This document shows, one piece after another, positions 1 to 10,945 of a DNA stretch of 64,000 nt (the stretch's first letter is position 1; every line of letters starts with the position of its first letter). A program made the translations under genes and the position numbers. The notes below the pieces were generated by a model. It saw nothing but the letters and a program-made list of their open reading frames with translations, ran no database searches and was not told the DNA's origin. Origin of the DNA: Nitrospirota bacterium (GTDB lineage: Bacteria; Nitrospirota; UBA9217); assembly GCA_963740085.1 (NCBI GenBank), contig CAVUCU010000007.1:32001-96000 (forward strand), read 5' to 3'.

Positions 1-300
1 CTCAACATCCCCTGCCAGCCTCGCCAGCTCATCAGGGGTCGGTTCATGTTCGACCTTCTGCATGAGCGCAACCCTGCCCGGTCCCGAAAGAATGACCGCA
101 TCGGCTCCTGCCTGCTGAAAGCGCCATGAGTCCTTGCCCGGCTTGTCGAGGTCAAACCCTGCCGACGCATGCTTGATCACTGCGACGCGCAAACCGCGGC
201 CCTTGAGGATGCGTACCACTTTTTCTATGAGCGTGGTCTTGCCGCTATTTGAAGACGCGGCTACGAAAGAGACCACTCGCTGTATTTTTACCTTCCGCAT
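1..300 (-). CDS. mobB: Molybdopterin-guanine dinucleotide biosynthesis protein B (3' end runs off the window)
   Basis: Manual translation: MRKVKIQRVVSFVAASSNSGKTTLIEKVV...VAVIKHASAGFDLDKPGKDSWRFQQAGAD. P-loop and KH...D..GKDS motifs. Not in the ORF track. Confidence 0.9.
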   Translation of the reverse strand, partial: MRKVKIQRVVSFVAASSNSGKTTLIEKVVRILKGRGLRVAVIKHASAGFDLDKPGKDSWRFQQAGADAVILSGPGRVALMQKVEHEPTPDELARLAGDVE

Positions 301-319
301 TCTGAAATCCGCATTCGAC

Positions 320-1120
320 CTACGTCTCCGTCAGATCCGTGGAATCAGGTTTCGTTTTCCTGCCGAAGAAACGCACGCCGAGGATGCCGATCTCATAAAG
401 AAAGTAAATGGGCAGGGACATGAGCGTCATGTTGAACACATCGGGCGTTGGCGTGATTAAAGCCCCGATGACGAAGGAAATGAGAAAAGCGTACTTCCGG
501 AACTTGGAGAGGACATCGGCGCTGATGATGCCCATACGTCCGAGTATGATCATGACCAGGGGCAGCTCGAACACCGCACCCGACGCGAGCATGAACTTGA
601 GGGTAAAGTCAATATAGTCCGCAAGCTTGATGATCGCCTTCAGGTGCTCGGTCTTATAGGTTATGAGAAACGGGATGGCAAAGGGCAGGAGCATGAGGAA
701 GCAGAAAACGACACCAATGTAGAAAAAAAATGTCGCAAAGAAAACGAACTGGCCGGCGTATTTCCGCTCCCGCGGCAACAGGCCGGGTGAGATGAACTTC
801 CATATCTGGAAGAGAATAACAGGGACCATGAGCATGATGCCGGCAATGAACCCGATCTTCAAATGCGACATAATGGGCTCGATGAGCGTGGTAAAATAAA
901 GGTCCTGTGCGGCCTTATTGGGTTCAAAATGGAGGAAGGGAAAGATCGCGTGGTACGTCATTGTCGAATTCATCGGCAACAGCAGTATCCCGAGGATATC
1001 CTCTGAATAGTTGAAGCAAACAATGAAACCAATGCCGATGGCGATCGCGGCGTAAACGATCCTTTTCCGGAGCTCCGTCAGATGGCTCCAGAACGACATC
1101 CGAAATTCGTCCTCAGCCAT
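320..1120 (-). CDS. tatC: Twin-arginine translocase subunit TatC
   Basis: SHLTELRKR, FISPGLLPRE and ITPTPDVFNM motifs; ~6 TM segments. Start re-set to MAEDEFRM, overlapping the tatA stop. Confidence 0.95.
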   Translation of the reverse strand: MAEDEFRMSFWSHLTELRKRIVYAAIAIGIGFIVCFNYSEDILGILLLPMNSTMTYHAIFPFLHFEPNKAAQDLYFTTLIEPIMSHLKIGFIAGIMLMVPVILFQIWKFISPGLLPRERKYAGQFVFFATFFFYIGVVFCFLMLLPFAIPFLITYKTEHLKAIIKLADYIDFTLKFMLASGAVFELPLVMIILGRMGIISADVLSKFRKYAFLISFVIGALITPTPDVFNMTLMSLPIYFLYEIGILGVRFFGRKTKPDSTDLTET

Positions 1121-1463
1121 TCCCTTTGGTCTCCTCGTCCTTTTTCGGTTCCGGCTCTTGTTCAGGCCCTGTTCCGGCCTTTTGCTCATCCTGGCGCTGC
1201 TCCGCGGACGCTGCCGCATCAATCTCCTTGGCGAGAGACTGATCAGACAGATTGCCGAGCTTTTTGAGCTCGTCCAGGTTGGCGGTCTTCTGGACCTCTT
1301 TCATTTCCGACTGTACTGATTCCTGAAATTCCTGCTGGGCCTTTTTGAACTCGGCCATGGCGCGGCCGATGGACTTGCCCAGGTCCGGCAGCTTTTTAGG
1401 TCCGAAGACCACAAGAGCGATAACAAAGATAACGATCAGTTCCGGTAATCCAAGGCCAAACAT
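1113..1463 (-). CDS. tatA: Twin-arginine translocase TatA/TatB subunit
   Basis: MFGLGLPELIVIFVIALVVFGPKKLPDLGKSIG signature. Confidence 0.9.
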   Translation of the reverse strand: MFGLGLPELIVIFVIALVVFGPKKLPDLGKSIGRAMAEFKKAQQEFQESVQSEMKEVQKTANLDELKKLGNLSDQSLAKEIDAAASAEQRQDEQKAGTGPEQEPEPKKDEETKGNG

Positions 1464-1524
1464 ATGTTCCTCCCCTTTGTGATTGCGGGTTTCGGTTTTA
1501 ATGTCTTCCGTGATCCGCAGTCAA

Positions 1525-2583
1525 CTACTTCTCCGGCTTTGACTCAACCACAACCTTCATTTCCAACAACGCATTCTGCCGGAATACTTTGAGAACAACG
1601 GTTTTTCCGATATGGCCGAATGCGACCATCCGGGGCAGCTCTGAGGGGTCGAGGACCTTCTTACCGTCAAGCTCCACGATCACATCGCCGCGCTTCAGGC
1701 CGGCCTTGTTTGCCGGCCCGCCCTTCACGACAGAGGTTACCAGCGCGCCGGTCGGCTCGGAAAGGCCGACCGCAGCCGCCAGGTCCGGCGTAAGAGACTG
1801 CGCCGAAACCCCAAGCCAACCCATATCAGGCCTGCCCTTTTCCTTGATCGACGGCAGCACTTCTTTCACCATGCTGATGGGGACGGCAAACCCGAGGTTC
1901 TGTCCCGACGCAATGATCACGGTGTTGATCCCGACCACTTCGCCCTTGATGTTGAACAGCGGCCCGCCGCTGTTGCCGGGGTTGATGGCCGCGTCGGTCT
2001 GGATAAGGTCATCATAGGGACCGACGCCGATGACCCTGCCCTTCGCGGAGACGATGCCGGCGGTGACCGTATGGGAGAGCCCGAAGGGATTGCCGATCGC
2101 CACGACCCAGTCGCCCACCTCGAGCGCGTCCGAATCCCCGAGCTGTACGATGGGAAGGGCCGTCGCATTCACCTTGATCAGGGCGATGTCGATCTCCCTG
2201 GACCGGCCGACGAGCTTGGCCTCGAGCACCCGGCCGTCGGAGAGCGCGACCTTGATGTCACGCGCTTTGTCCACCACGTGGTTATTGGTAAGAATATACC
2301 CATCGGAGCTGATGATGAATCCGGACCCGAGGCTCTGCCTTATCTGCTCGCGCTGCGGGACATCGCCGAAAAAGTGATAGAAGAACTCGTCCATCCGCGG
2401 GTCGCCGAAGGGAGACTGCTGCTGCACCCTGATCACCTGCCTGGTAGAGATGTTCACCACGGCAGACCGCTCCTTTTTTACCAGGGGCGCGAATGACTCC
2501 GGAGCAGACGCTGCAAGCGCCCCGGAGGGAAAGAGAACTGCAATAAGAAGAAGGATCGATGACGGTTTTAACGCTGCTTTCAT
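1525..2583 (-). CDS. HtrA/DegQ-family serine protease with one PDZ domain
   Basis: Signal peptide; TNNHVV, DIAL and GNSGGPL triad motifs; single PDZ. Confidence 0.93.
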   Translation of the reverse strand: MKAALKPSSILLLIAVLFPSGALAASAPESFAPLVKKERSAVVNISTRQVIRVQQQSPFGDPRMDEFFYHFFGDVPQREQIRQSLGSGFIISSDGYILTNNHVVDKARDIKVALSDGRVLEAKLVGRSREIDIALIKVNATALPIVQLGDSDALEVGDWVVAIGNPFGLSHTVTAGIVSAKGRVIGVGPYDDLIQTDAAINPGNSGGPLFNIKGEVVGINTVIIASGQNLGFAVPISMVKEVLPSIKEKGRPDMGWLGVSAQSLTPDLAAAVGLSEPTGALVTSVVKGGPANKAGLKRGDVIVELDGKKVLDPSELPRMVAFGHIGKTVVLKVFRQNALLEMKVVVESKPEK

Positions 2584-2609
2584 TCGCCTCCCTGATGGAC
2601 GCTTGCTGA

Positions 2610-2978
2610 TTACATCGCGACGCGGATGATGGTCTTCACATTGCCCCGGACGTTAAAATCGCCTGCCACCTCCAGGGCGCGCGGCTTGAGATCCTTCTTG
2701 AGCGTGTCAAAGATCAGGTTTGTCACGGCCTCGTGAGAAAGGCTCTGGTCACGGAAGCTGTTCAGGTAGAGCTTCAGCGCCTTGAGCTCGACCACCTTTT
2801 TGTCAGGGGTATAGGTGATCCTGATGGTCGCAAAGTCAGGATAGCCGGAGCGCGGACAGAGGCAAGTGAATTCGGGGTAGGATATGTCTATGGTGTAGTC
2901 CCGGTCCGGGTTGGGATTGGGCCACAACTCCAGTTTTGCCTGTTTGACCGCCTTTGTTCCGTATTTCATGGACTGCAT
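2610..2978 (-). CDS. queF: preQ0 reductase QueF (type I)
   Basis: [24 protein letters not shown] and SHE motifs. Confidence 0.95.
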   Translation of the reverse strand: MQSMKYGTKAVKQAKLELWPNPNPDRDYTIDISYPEFTCLCPRSGYPDFATIRITYTPDKKVVELKALKLYLNSFRDQSLSHEAVTNLIFDTLKKDLKPRALEVAGDFNVRGNVKTIIRVAM

Positions 2979-3179
2979 TCTACAGAGTTTCCTTTTTTCT
3001 GTAAAGATGAAAGTTACATCAATTCATGACCTCTCATCACCAACCACGCCTGCTCACGATCGGTTTCTCGGGGCAAACGTAAAAAGAAGCGGGATTTTTT
3101 TGTTTTTAAGTTGTTTTTTCCCGGTGTAGAATATATAATCGATGATACGATATTATTGCATGAAAACGAGGGAAACAGA

Positions 3180-4226
3180 ATGACCTGCCACTTCAACTGC
3201 ATAGCCACGGGCATCGGAAGTCTTCCGGTCGTCGATCCCGACAAGGCCGCGGCGCTTTCGCTCAAATATGTCATGGAAGCGCCGTTCTGGCCGCAGCTCC
3301 CGCAACGGGACTTCCGCGAGCACATGGATGCACAGTACAGCGAGACCCTGCCGGGAGCGATCCTGGACGACGCGAAGAAAAAGGTTTTTTTCGACACGTC
3401 CCGCGACCTCACGCCGGAGCTCGAAAAGTTCTTCGAGCGATACCTGGAGAAGGATTACGGGTTTTTCAGGATGACCGATGAATATGCACCCGGGTTCGCC
3501 GCCTTCATCCGCGCCATGAAGAAAGGATTTCCGCGGGGGGTGCGGTTCGTCAAGGGCCATATCACGGGCCCGCTAACCGCAGGCACCTCCTTGAAGGACG
3601 AGACAGGCAGGGACATCATTCATAACGAGGTTATTTTCGACGCCTTGGTCAAGGGGCTCGCCATGAAGGCCGCGTGGCAGATCCGGGAGCTGAAACAGTT
3701 CAACAAACCGGTCATCATCTTCATCGACGAACCTGCCATGGAGTCTCTCGGCTCCGCCTTCTCCGCCGTTTCTTCGGACATGGTGGCTGAAAAGCTGAAC
3801 GAGATCATCGACACGATCCACGAACTGGGCGGCATCGCCGGCATCCACTGCTGCGGGAACGCGGACTGGCCCATGATATTCAATACGAGGGTGGACATCG
3901 TGAACTTTGACGCCTTCGGATATATGGAAAAGGTGATGCTCTACCCCGGCGACATCAGAAAATTCACTGACCGGGGAGGCGCGCTGGCCTGGGGTGTTGT
4001 CCCCACGGGCGCCTTCACCGGAAATGAGACCGTGGATATGCTCATCGCAAGACTCCACAAGGGCATGAACCGGCTGGAGAAGGAAGGCGTGGACCGTAAA
4101 AGGATCCATCGACAATGTCTCATCACCCCTTCCTGCGGGTTGGGCAGTCTGACACCGGACAAGGCCGAGGCGATCCTGAGACTGCTCAGGGAAGTTTCGG
4201 ACAGGATGCAGGAATCAATCGTGTAA
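3180..4226 (+). CDS. Single-barrel MetE-like core methionine synthase (MesB-like)
   Basis: TGIGSLP, FWPQLP, TGPLT, FIDEP, GIHCCG, WGVVP and TPSCG (Zn ligands). Confidence 0.75.
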   Translation: MTCHFNCIATGIGSLPVVDPDKAAALSLKYVMEAPFWPQLPQRDFREHMDAQYSETLPGAILDDAKKKVFFDTSRDLTPELEKFFERYLEKDYGFFRMTDEYAPGFAAFIRAMKKGFPRGVRFVKGHITGPLTAGTSLKDETGRDIIHNEVIFDALVKGLAMKAAWQIRELKQFNKPVIIFIDEPAMESLGSAFSAVSSDMVAEKLNEIIDTIHELGGIAGIHCCGNADWPMIFNTRVDIVNFDAFGYMEKVMLYPGDIRKFTDRGGALAWGVVPTGAFTGNETVDMLIARLHKGMNRLEKEGVDRKRIHRQCLITPSCGLGSLTPDKAEAILRLLREVSDRMQESIV

Positions 4227-4236
4227 CCACGGATTC

Positions 4237-4335
4237 ACCCCGTTAGAGATTGGATGAAACGATTTGATGTAATAGCGCGTTGCTCGGGAATTTATCATTG
4301 GCGTGTATCGATACACTATGAATCTCTAACGGGGT
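4237..4335. repeat. 99-bp MITE-like element with perfect 15-bp terminal inverted repeats
   Basis: ACCCCGTTAGAGATT (4237-4251) and AATCTCTAACGGGGT (4321-4335). Confidence 0.75.
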
Positions 4336-4405
4336 CAACATGGTAAGAACAGAGGATTAATACATACTGGACCCTTGTCCCTTGCCCCTTGACCCCCGGA
4401 ATCTT

Positions 4406-5221
4406 ATGTCCTTTCGTTTACGCTTCTCTATATTTCTCATTATTTCCGTCGTGCTTCATGCGCTGGTTATTGTCGGGATCATTTTGATAAAGCCGCAAAC
4501 ACCGGAGATGCCCCTGATCATGCCGGTCACGATCGCGAACCTGCCGCAGCAGGAGATCAGACAGCTTCCGCCGCTGAATCAGCCGACACCGGTACCTCAG
4601 GCACGTCCTGTTGTTCCTCCCTCACCCCCCGTTCCGGAACGCTTTGTTCCGGAAAAACCTCTGCCACCCGGCGCCGTGCCCATGCCAAAGAAATTCGGCA
4701 CAAGCGACGAGCTCAAACTCCCGAAGACCTTGCCGCGCACCGGTGTGCCTGAGGGAGCGGAGCAAGGCAAGGAAACGGGAAAGACGGGGGCCCAACAGCA
4801 TAAAGAGACCGGCCCTCTCCCCTTTTTGACCCAGAACGACATCGACGAACTCGCTCGCAAAGGCATGCCCCAGAAAAGACCGGGCGAGGATTCCGTCACC
4901 CTCGATACGGACGAATTCAAATTCATGTCCTACAACCGCTGGCTCAAGATCAAGGTCGAGAGCGTGCTCCAGTATCCCGAGCTTGCGGCAATATCCGGGT
5001 ACCAGGGAACGCTTTATATCCTGTTCGACATTATGAAGGACGGTTCCCTCGGCAGGCTGGAGATATTGAAGTCGTCCGGGTACAAGATCCTGGACGACGA
5101 GGCGCTCCGTTCGATCCGAGCCGCAGCGCCGTTCCAGCCGCTCCCTGATGAGTGGCACATGGAGCGATATTCCATTCGTGCGGCCGTCTTGTTCTATCTG
5201 GGTGCTGGATATATCCGATGA
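4406..5221 (+). CDS. TonB-family energy transducer
   Basis: N-terminal TM with SVVLH, Pro-rich linker, C-terminal YPELA...SSGYKILDDEAL. Confidence 0.88.
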   Translation: MSFRLRFSIFLIISVVLHALVIVGIILIKPQTPEMPLIMPVTIANLPQQEIRQLPPLNQPTPVPQARPVVPPSPPVPERFVPEKPLPPGAVPMPKKFGTSDELKLPKTLPRTGVPEGAEQGKETGKTGAQQHKETGPLPFLTQNDIDELARKGMPQKRPGEDSVTLDTDEFKFMSYNRWLKIKVESVLQYPELAAISGYQGTLYILFDIMKDGSLGRLEILKSSGYKILDDEALRSIRAAAPFQPLPDEWHMERYSIRAAVLFYLGAGYIR

Positions 5222-6414
5222 CGGACCTGCTGAAGATCGGCGCCGCCTTCGGGCTCATCGTGTTCCTTCTCCGCCTCCGCTGGAATCTCGGCCTGGTTAT
5301 GCTGCTTGGCTCGGTCTTCCTCGGGTCGCTCTCGCTCCTCGGGCCGGTGCAGCAGGCGCGGATCATCCTTGCCGCCGGCATCGATCCGGTGACGATAAAC
5401 CTCGTGACCGGTCTCGTTCTCATCATGGTGCTCGAGAACATCATCAGAAAACGGGGCGTCCTCAAACGCATGATGGAGGCCGTGGTGAACGTGGCCGGGG
5501 ACCGCCGCGTCGCCATGGCCGTGCTGCCCGGCGTGATCGGCCTCCTGCCCTCGGCAGGCGGAGCGGCCTTCTCGGCGCCCATGGTGCAGGAGGCGGCGGC
5601 CGATGCTGACATGCGACCGGAACGCAAGGCCTTCGTCAATTACTGGTTCCGGCACATCTGGGAATATATCTCGCCGCTCTATCCCGGCATCGTGCTGGCA
5701 GCCGCGGTGACGAAAACACCGATAAACAAGCTGCTTCTTTCCCAACTCCCGCTGCCGATCGCGGTCATCGCAGTCGGCGCGCTGCTCGGCTTCCGGGGAA
5801 CAGCGGTCGGGACCATTGAAGGGAAACGGGACAGGAACGAGCTCAAGGCGCTCTTCGTGTCCCTGCTCCCGATCACGGTCCCGATCGTCCTTGTTGTCGT
5901 ATTCAAGCAGCCACTGGCAATAGCCATGGCATCGATCGTGATCGCGATGCTCTTGTTCTACCGGTACGTGTTCAGCGAGCTTTGGACCACGCTTCGGGAA
6001 AGCGTTTCGCTCAATGTCATGCTCATGGTCTTCGGCATCATGGTGTTCAAGGGAATGCTCGATGCATCAGGCGCCATTGAAGTCCTGCCCTCCTTATTCA
6101 AACAGAGCGGCCTCCCGACAGGGGTTGTCCTGTTTGCGCTTCCGTTCATCGTGGGACTATTGACAGGCCTCACCGTCGGTTTCGTCGGCGCCACCTTCCC
6201 GATCATTACGGCCATGATGGGAGGCCATCCGGACCCCGCCACGGTCACCTTCGCCTTCGCGAGCGGCTTTGCCGGTGTGATGCTCTCCCCCACCCACCTC
6301 TGCCTGCTGCTGACGATCCGTTACTTCAAAGCCGACATGGCAGGCACCTACCGTTTAATGTACCTTCCGGTGCTCCTTGTCTTCCTCGTGGGACTGGTCA
6401 GGCTGTGGTTGTGA
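5218..6414 (+). CDS. DUF401-family multi-pass membrane protein
   Basis: GLLPSAGGA, NYWFRHIWEY and SPTHLCL motifs. Confidence 0.8.
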   Translation: MTDLLKIGAAFGLIVFLLRLRWNLGLVMLLGSVFLGSLSLLGPVQQARIILAAGIDPVTINLVTGLVLIMVLENIIRKRGVLKRMMEAVVNVAGDRRVAMAVLPGVIGLLPSAGGAAFSAPMVQEAAADADMRPERKAFVNYWFRHIWEYISPLYPGIVLAAAVTKTPINKLLLSQLPLPIAVIAVGALLGFRGTAVGTIEGKRDRNELKALFVSLLPITVPIVLVVVFKQPLAIAMASIVIAMLLFYRYVFSELWTTLRESVSLNVMLMVFGIMVFKGMLDASGAIEVLPSLFKQSGLPTGVVLFALPFIVGLLTGLTVGFVGATFPIITAMMGGHPDPATVTFAFASGFAGVMLSPTHLCLLLTIRYFKADMAGTYRLMYLPVLLVFLVGLVRLWL

Positions 6415-6792
6415 TCGGACACTGACTCTGACTGACTCTGATCCTGACAATAACCAACCACAGGGTCAGATTTTTCAATCTTATTCATAATAGGCCAGTC
6501 AAAATATCCCATTCGAATATCATCTCATATTTTATAATTTGAATAAATAATAATTTCAACGTAATAGCATTTACGGCTGCTTAGCATCGTTTTTGCAAAT
6601 TTATGGGATAACTGGCAAATAGTTAAAGCAAAAAAGTAATCCTTTCGCATGGCCGTATTGTTTTATCGACATGCATATTCGAAAGGCATAGCTGAATCCA
6701 TTCCGTCAATAACGACACAGACTTGCGATACTCTTTACTTATTTCTCGAGAAATCTATCTTGATTAGCCACAACACTGGAAAGGAGTAAGAC

Positions 6793-8180
6793 ATGACTAA
6801 TTTGCGAGCTGAGAAGATCGAGGGGTTGAAAGACGGCTTCAACGGAGAGATTCTTCTTCCGAGCGACGGGGCTTATGAAAGCGCGCGCAAGATCTGGAAC
6901 GCGATGATCGACAAGCGCCCCGCTGTCATCGCTCGCTGCGCCACCACCTCGGACGTCGTCCGCGGGGTGAATTTCGCAAGGGATAACGGGCTCTTGCTCG
7001 CCGTCCGCGGCGGCGGGCACAACATCGCCGGCAATGCCCTGTGCGACGACGGGCTCGTGATCGACCTTTCGAAGATGAAGGCCGCGCGAGTTGACCCTGC
7101 AGGGCGCCGCGTTACCATCGAAGGCGGTGCCACCCTCGCGGACCTCGACGCCGCCACCCAGGCCCACGGCCTCGCCACGCCGGTCGGCATCAACTCCACC
7201 ACCGGCATCGCCGGACTGACGCTCGGCGGGGGCTTCGGCTGGCTCAGTCGCAAGTACGGCATGACCGTTGACAACCTCGAGTCCGCCGAGGTCGTGACCG
7301 CGGCCGGTGAGGTGGTGCGCGCCAGCGCGAGCGAGCACCCCGACCTCTTCTGGGCCCTCAGGGGCGGCGGGGGCAATTTCGGCGTGGTCACCCGCTTCGA
7401 GTTCCGGCTCCACCCCGTCGGCCCTGACGTGCTCAGCGGACTCATCGTGTATCCGATCTCGGAGGCGAAGTCGGTGCTGCAGCAGTACCGCGAATTCATC
7501 GCCAAGGCGCCGGAGGAGCTCTCCGTGTGGATCGTCCTTCGCCAGGCTCCGCCGCTGCCGTTCCTCCCCGAGAAGGTCCACGGCACGGGGGTCATCGTGC
7601 TCGCGCTGATCTATGCGGGTGACCCGAAGCAGGGTGAGCCGCTCATCGAGCCGTTGCGCAAATTCGGCACTCCCCTGGGCGAACATGTCGGCGTCCAGCC
7701 TTACGTCGCCTGGCAGAAGGCTTTCGACCCGCTGCTCACCACTGGCGCCCGCAATTATTGGAAGTCCCACAATTTTTCCACTCTCAAGGACGGGCTCTTC
7801 GACACCGTCATCGCGTACGTCGGGAAGTTGCCGTCACCTCAGTGCGAGATCTTTTTCGGTGCGCTCGGCGGGGCCACTACACGGCCCGCTCCGGGCTCCG
7901 CGGCGTATCGCGCACCGCGACACCAAGTTCGTCATGAACTTCCACGGCCGCTGGGAGGACCCGGCCGACGACAAGCGCTGCATCGGCTGGGCGCGCGATT
8001 TCTTCAAGGCCACGGTACCTTTCGCCAGCGGCGGCGTCTACGTCAATTTCCTCGAGCGCCGACGAGGGCGATCGCGTGCGCTCGGCCTACGGCCCGAACT
8101 ACGATCGCCTTGCCCAGGTGAAGCGCAAGTACGACCCGGCCAACCTCTTCCGCATGAACCAGAATATAGAGCCGGCCTGA
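6793..8180 (+). pseudogene. FAD-binding (BBE/VAO-type) oxidoreductase, split by two +1 frameshifts (~7909 and ~8054)
   Basis: RGGGHN, GLTLGGG and LFWALRGGGGNFG. The C-terminus (AHRD...YVNF, then YGPNYDRLAQVKRKYDPANLFRMNQNI) continues in other frames. Could be an assembly artefact. Confidence 0.8.
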
Positions 8181-8270
8181 GAGAACAAGAAGCGCCCGAC
8201 AACCGGTTGCTGATTTATCTTTTTGCTTTTAGCAAAACCACCACTGAAGAGAAGAAAGGAGGTGAGGACC

Positions 8271-8435
8271 ATGGCGGGAAAACTTAAAAAACTGGAATGC
8301 GACCCAAAATGCGGCTTTGCCATTCAAAGCCATGACGAAAAGGAAGTCATCGACATTGCTATAAAGCATGCGAAAAAAGCGCACAGCATGGACGTATCTG
8401 AAAAAGAGGCAAAAGGGATGATAAAAGATGCATAG
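8271..8435 (+). CDS. DUF1059-family small metal-binding protein
   Basis: CDPKCGF...HAKKAH; strong AGGAGG RBS; hairpin-U terminator downstream (~8467-8492). Confidence 0.8.
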   Translation: MAGKLKKLECDPKCGFAIQSHDEKEVIDIAIKHAKKAHSMDVSEKEAKGMIKDA

Positions 8436-8718
8436 TACTGTCGAATGCCAGGATTTTTGACTGCGAGGGCTTGGAAATTCCAGGCCCTTTTTAATTTTCC
8501 GGTACTCACAGGAAATCTTCGCCGACAAAAAACATCATGCGGCTATATTGTCGGCAATTCATCTATCTCTCGTCGGAAACTGACCTCGACACCGGCTTTA
8601 AGCACGCCGGTTCAGGCCCTGATCCGGCGTGACTTCACGATTAATTTCCCCGCCCTCCAGGTCATAACCTCTCAATTTCCGTTTGATTTTTCAGACTATT
8701 TATGTTACTTTCGTCAGC

Positions 8719-9912
8719 ATGATCACCAACGACATTCTTTCGGATTCTCATCAGTACATCATGAACACCTACAGCCGGCAGCCGCTCGTGCTCGTGAAGG
8801 GCCGGGGCACGAAGGTCTACGATTCCGACGGACGGGAGTACCTCGATTTCGTGACCGGCGTTGCCGTATGCAACCTCGGTCACTGCCACCCGCGGGTTGT
8901 GGTGGCGCTCCAGAAACAGGCACAGCGGCTGATGCACGTGTCGAACCATTTTCACAATGAGCCGCAGATCAATCTGGCAAAGCTGCTTGTTTCCAATTCT
9001 TTCGCGGACAAGGTGTTCTTCTGCAACTCCGGCACCGAGGCTGTCGAGGCCGCCATCAAGCTCGCGCGGCGATATTCCCGCGAGGTATTGAAACAGGACC
9101 GGTTCGAGATCATTACCATGAGGGGATCTTTCCATGGACGGACCTACGGTTCCCTGTCCGCCACGGCACAGGAAAAGTTTCACAAGGGGTTCGAGCCGAT
9201 CGTGCCGGGATTCCGGTACGTCCCATTCAACGATATCGGGGCCGTCGCAGCTGCGGTGAATGAACACACCTGCGCCGTGCTCGTGGAACCGGTCCTGGGC
9301 GAGGGCGGGGTGATCGTGCCGGCGCCAGGGTATCTGAAGGAACTGCGGGACCTCTGCGACAGGAACAATATGCTGCTCATGCTCGATGAGATCCAGACCG
9401 GCATGGGCCGGACCGGAAAGTTCTTCGCTTACGGCCATTCCGGAATTACCCCCGATGTCATCATGCTCGCCAAAGGGCTCGGCGGAGGCATGCCGATCGG
9501 CGCGCTCCTTGCCACGGACAAGGTTTCCCAGGCCTTCACGCCGGGAACCCACGGCTCGACCTTCGGCGGGAATCCGCTGGCCTGTGCCGCGGCAATCGCG
9601 TCGATCGAGGTCCTGATCGAAGACAACATCATCATCCCGAACGTGGTTCAGCTTGGCGCATACTTCCGGCAGGGTCTTGAGAAACTGAAACAAAAATATT
9701 CCTTTGTAAGGGACGTACGGGGGCAGGGTCTGCTCATCGGCATGGAACTGGACTTCCACGGCAAGGAGATCGTCTCCGCCTGCATCAGGGAAGGCATGCT
9801 GATCAATTGCACCATGGACACCGTACTGCGGTTCATGCCGCCGCTCATCGTCACCGAGGAAGAGATCGACCTCCTTATCGAGGCACTTGACCGGATCTTC
9901 GCAAAACGCTGA
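8719..9912 (+). CDS. argD: Acetylornithine aminotransferase
   Basis: NSGTEAVEAA, SFHGRT, DEIQTG, AKGLGGG and HGSTFGGNPLA. Confidence 0.95.
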   Translation: MITNDILSDSHQYIMNTYSRQPLVLVKGRGTKVYDSDGREYLDFVTGVAVCNLGHCHPRVVVALQKQAQRLMHVSNHFHNEPQINLAKLLVSNSFADKVFFCNSGTEAVEAAIKLARRYSREVLKQDRFEIITMRGSFHGRTYGSLSATAQEKFHKGFEPIVPGFRYVPFNDIGAVAAAVNEHTCAVLVEPVLGEGGVIVPAPGYLKELRDLCDRNNMLLMLDEIQTGMGRTGKFFAYGHSGITPDVIMLAKGLGGGMPIGALLATDKVSQAFTPGTHGSTFGGNPLACAAAIASIEVLIEDNIIIPNVVQLGAYFRQGLEKLKQKYSFVRDVRGQGLLIGMELDFHGKEIVSACIREGMLINCTMDTVLRFMPPLIVTEEEIDLLIEALDRIFAKR

Positions 9913-10019
9913 GCTGACTCGCGGCCGATAGCTGATAACTCCCCGCTGACGGCTTTTTTTATTCGTCCTTCGCGATCATGGGCCATGACCTGTGAGCTAT
10001 CACCTCCTCTGGAGAACAC

Positions 10020-10940
10020 ATGAAAAAAGACCTGCTTGCCATTACCGACCTTACCTCCAATGACATTGAGAAGATACTCAAACGCTCCGCGACCTTGAAA
10101 AAGCTGCTGAAACAGGGGAAGCCGCATCAGACGCTCAAGGGCAAGTCTCTCGGCATGATCTTCGAGAAATCCTCGACCCGCACAAGGGTGTCCTTCGAGG
10201 TGGGCATGTTCCAACTCGGCGGCCAGGCGCTGTTCCTGTCGCCGAACGACCTTCAGATCGGACGCGGCGAACCAATCGAGGACACGGCGCGCACCCTCTC
10301 TCGCTACCTCGACGGTATAATGATCCGCACCTTTGCGCAGAAAACGATCGAGGAGCTGGCGCGCTTCGCATCGATACCCGTGATCAACGGGCTGACCGAC
10401 GCTCATCACCCGTGCCAGGCCCTTGCGGACCTGTTTACCATCCAGGAGAAAAAGAAAAAACTGAAGGGGATCACGCTCGCGTACGTGGGAGACGGGAACA
10501 ATGTCGCCAACTCGCTTATCCAGGCCTGTGTGAAAGTCGGCATGCACTTCGCCATCGCCTCTCCCCGCGGGTACGAGCTTGATCCCTCTATCTTGAGGCA
10601 GGCGAACAGAGATGGACAACGGAGCAACGCGGGCGTACTGGTTACGACTGATCCCTTTCATGCGGTCAGGAAAGCCGACGTTGTGTACACCGATGTCTGG
10701 GCAAGTATGGGACAGGAGGCGGAGCACGCGAAACGGCTGAAAGCGTTCAAGGGATACCAGGTTGATGCGAAGCTCATGAAAAAGGCCAACCCGGGGGCGC
10801 TGGTGATGCACTGCCTGCCCGCCCATCGCGGCGAGGAGATATCCGCGGAGGTTCTCGATGGTCCGCAGTCGTTGATCTTTGACCAGGCAGAGAACCGTCT
10901 GCACGTACAAAAGGCGGTGCTCGATATGCTCCTGGGATAG
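10020..10940 (+). CDS. argF: Ornithine carbamoyltransferase
   Basis: SSTRTR, HPCQ, MHCLP and DQAENR. Confidence 0.97.
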   Translation: MKKDLLAITDLTSNDIEKILKRSATLKKLLKQGKPHQTLKGKSLGMIFEKSSTRTRVSFEVGMFQLGGQALFLSPNDLQIGRGEPIEDTARTLSRYLDGIMIRTFAQKTIEELARFASIPVINGLTDAHHPCQALADLFTIQEKKKKLKGITLAYVGDGNNVANSLIQACVKVGMHFAIASPRGYELDPSILRQANRDGQRSNAGVLVTTDPFHAVRKADVVYTDVWASMGQEAEHAKRLKAFKGYQVDAKLMKKANPGALVMHCLPAHRGEEISAEVLDGPQSLIFDQAENRLHVQKAVLDMLLG

Positions 10941-10945
10941 TGGCA

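Noticed and set aside
2980-3180. preQ1 or SAM riboswitch between queF and the methionine synthase
   Set aside because: No consensus motifs found on either strand.
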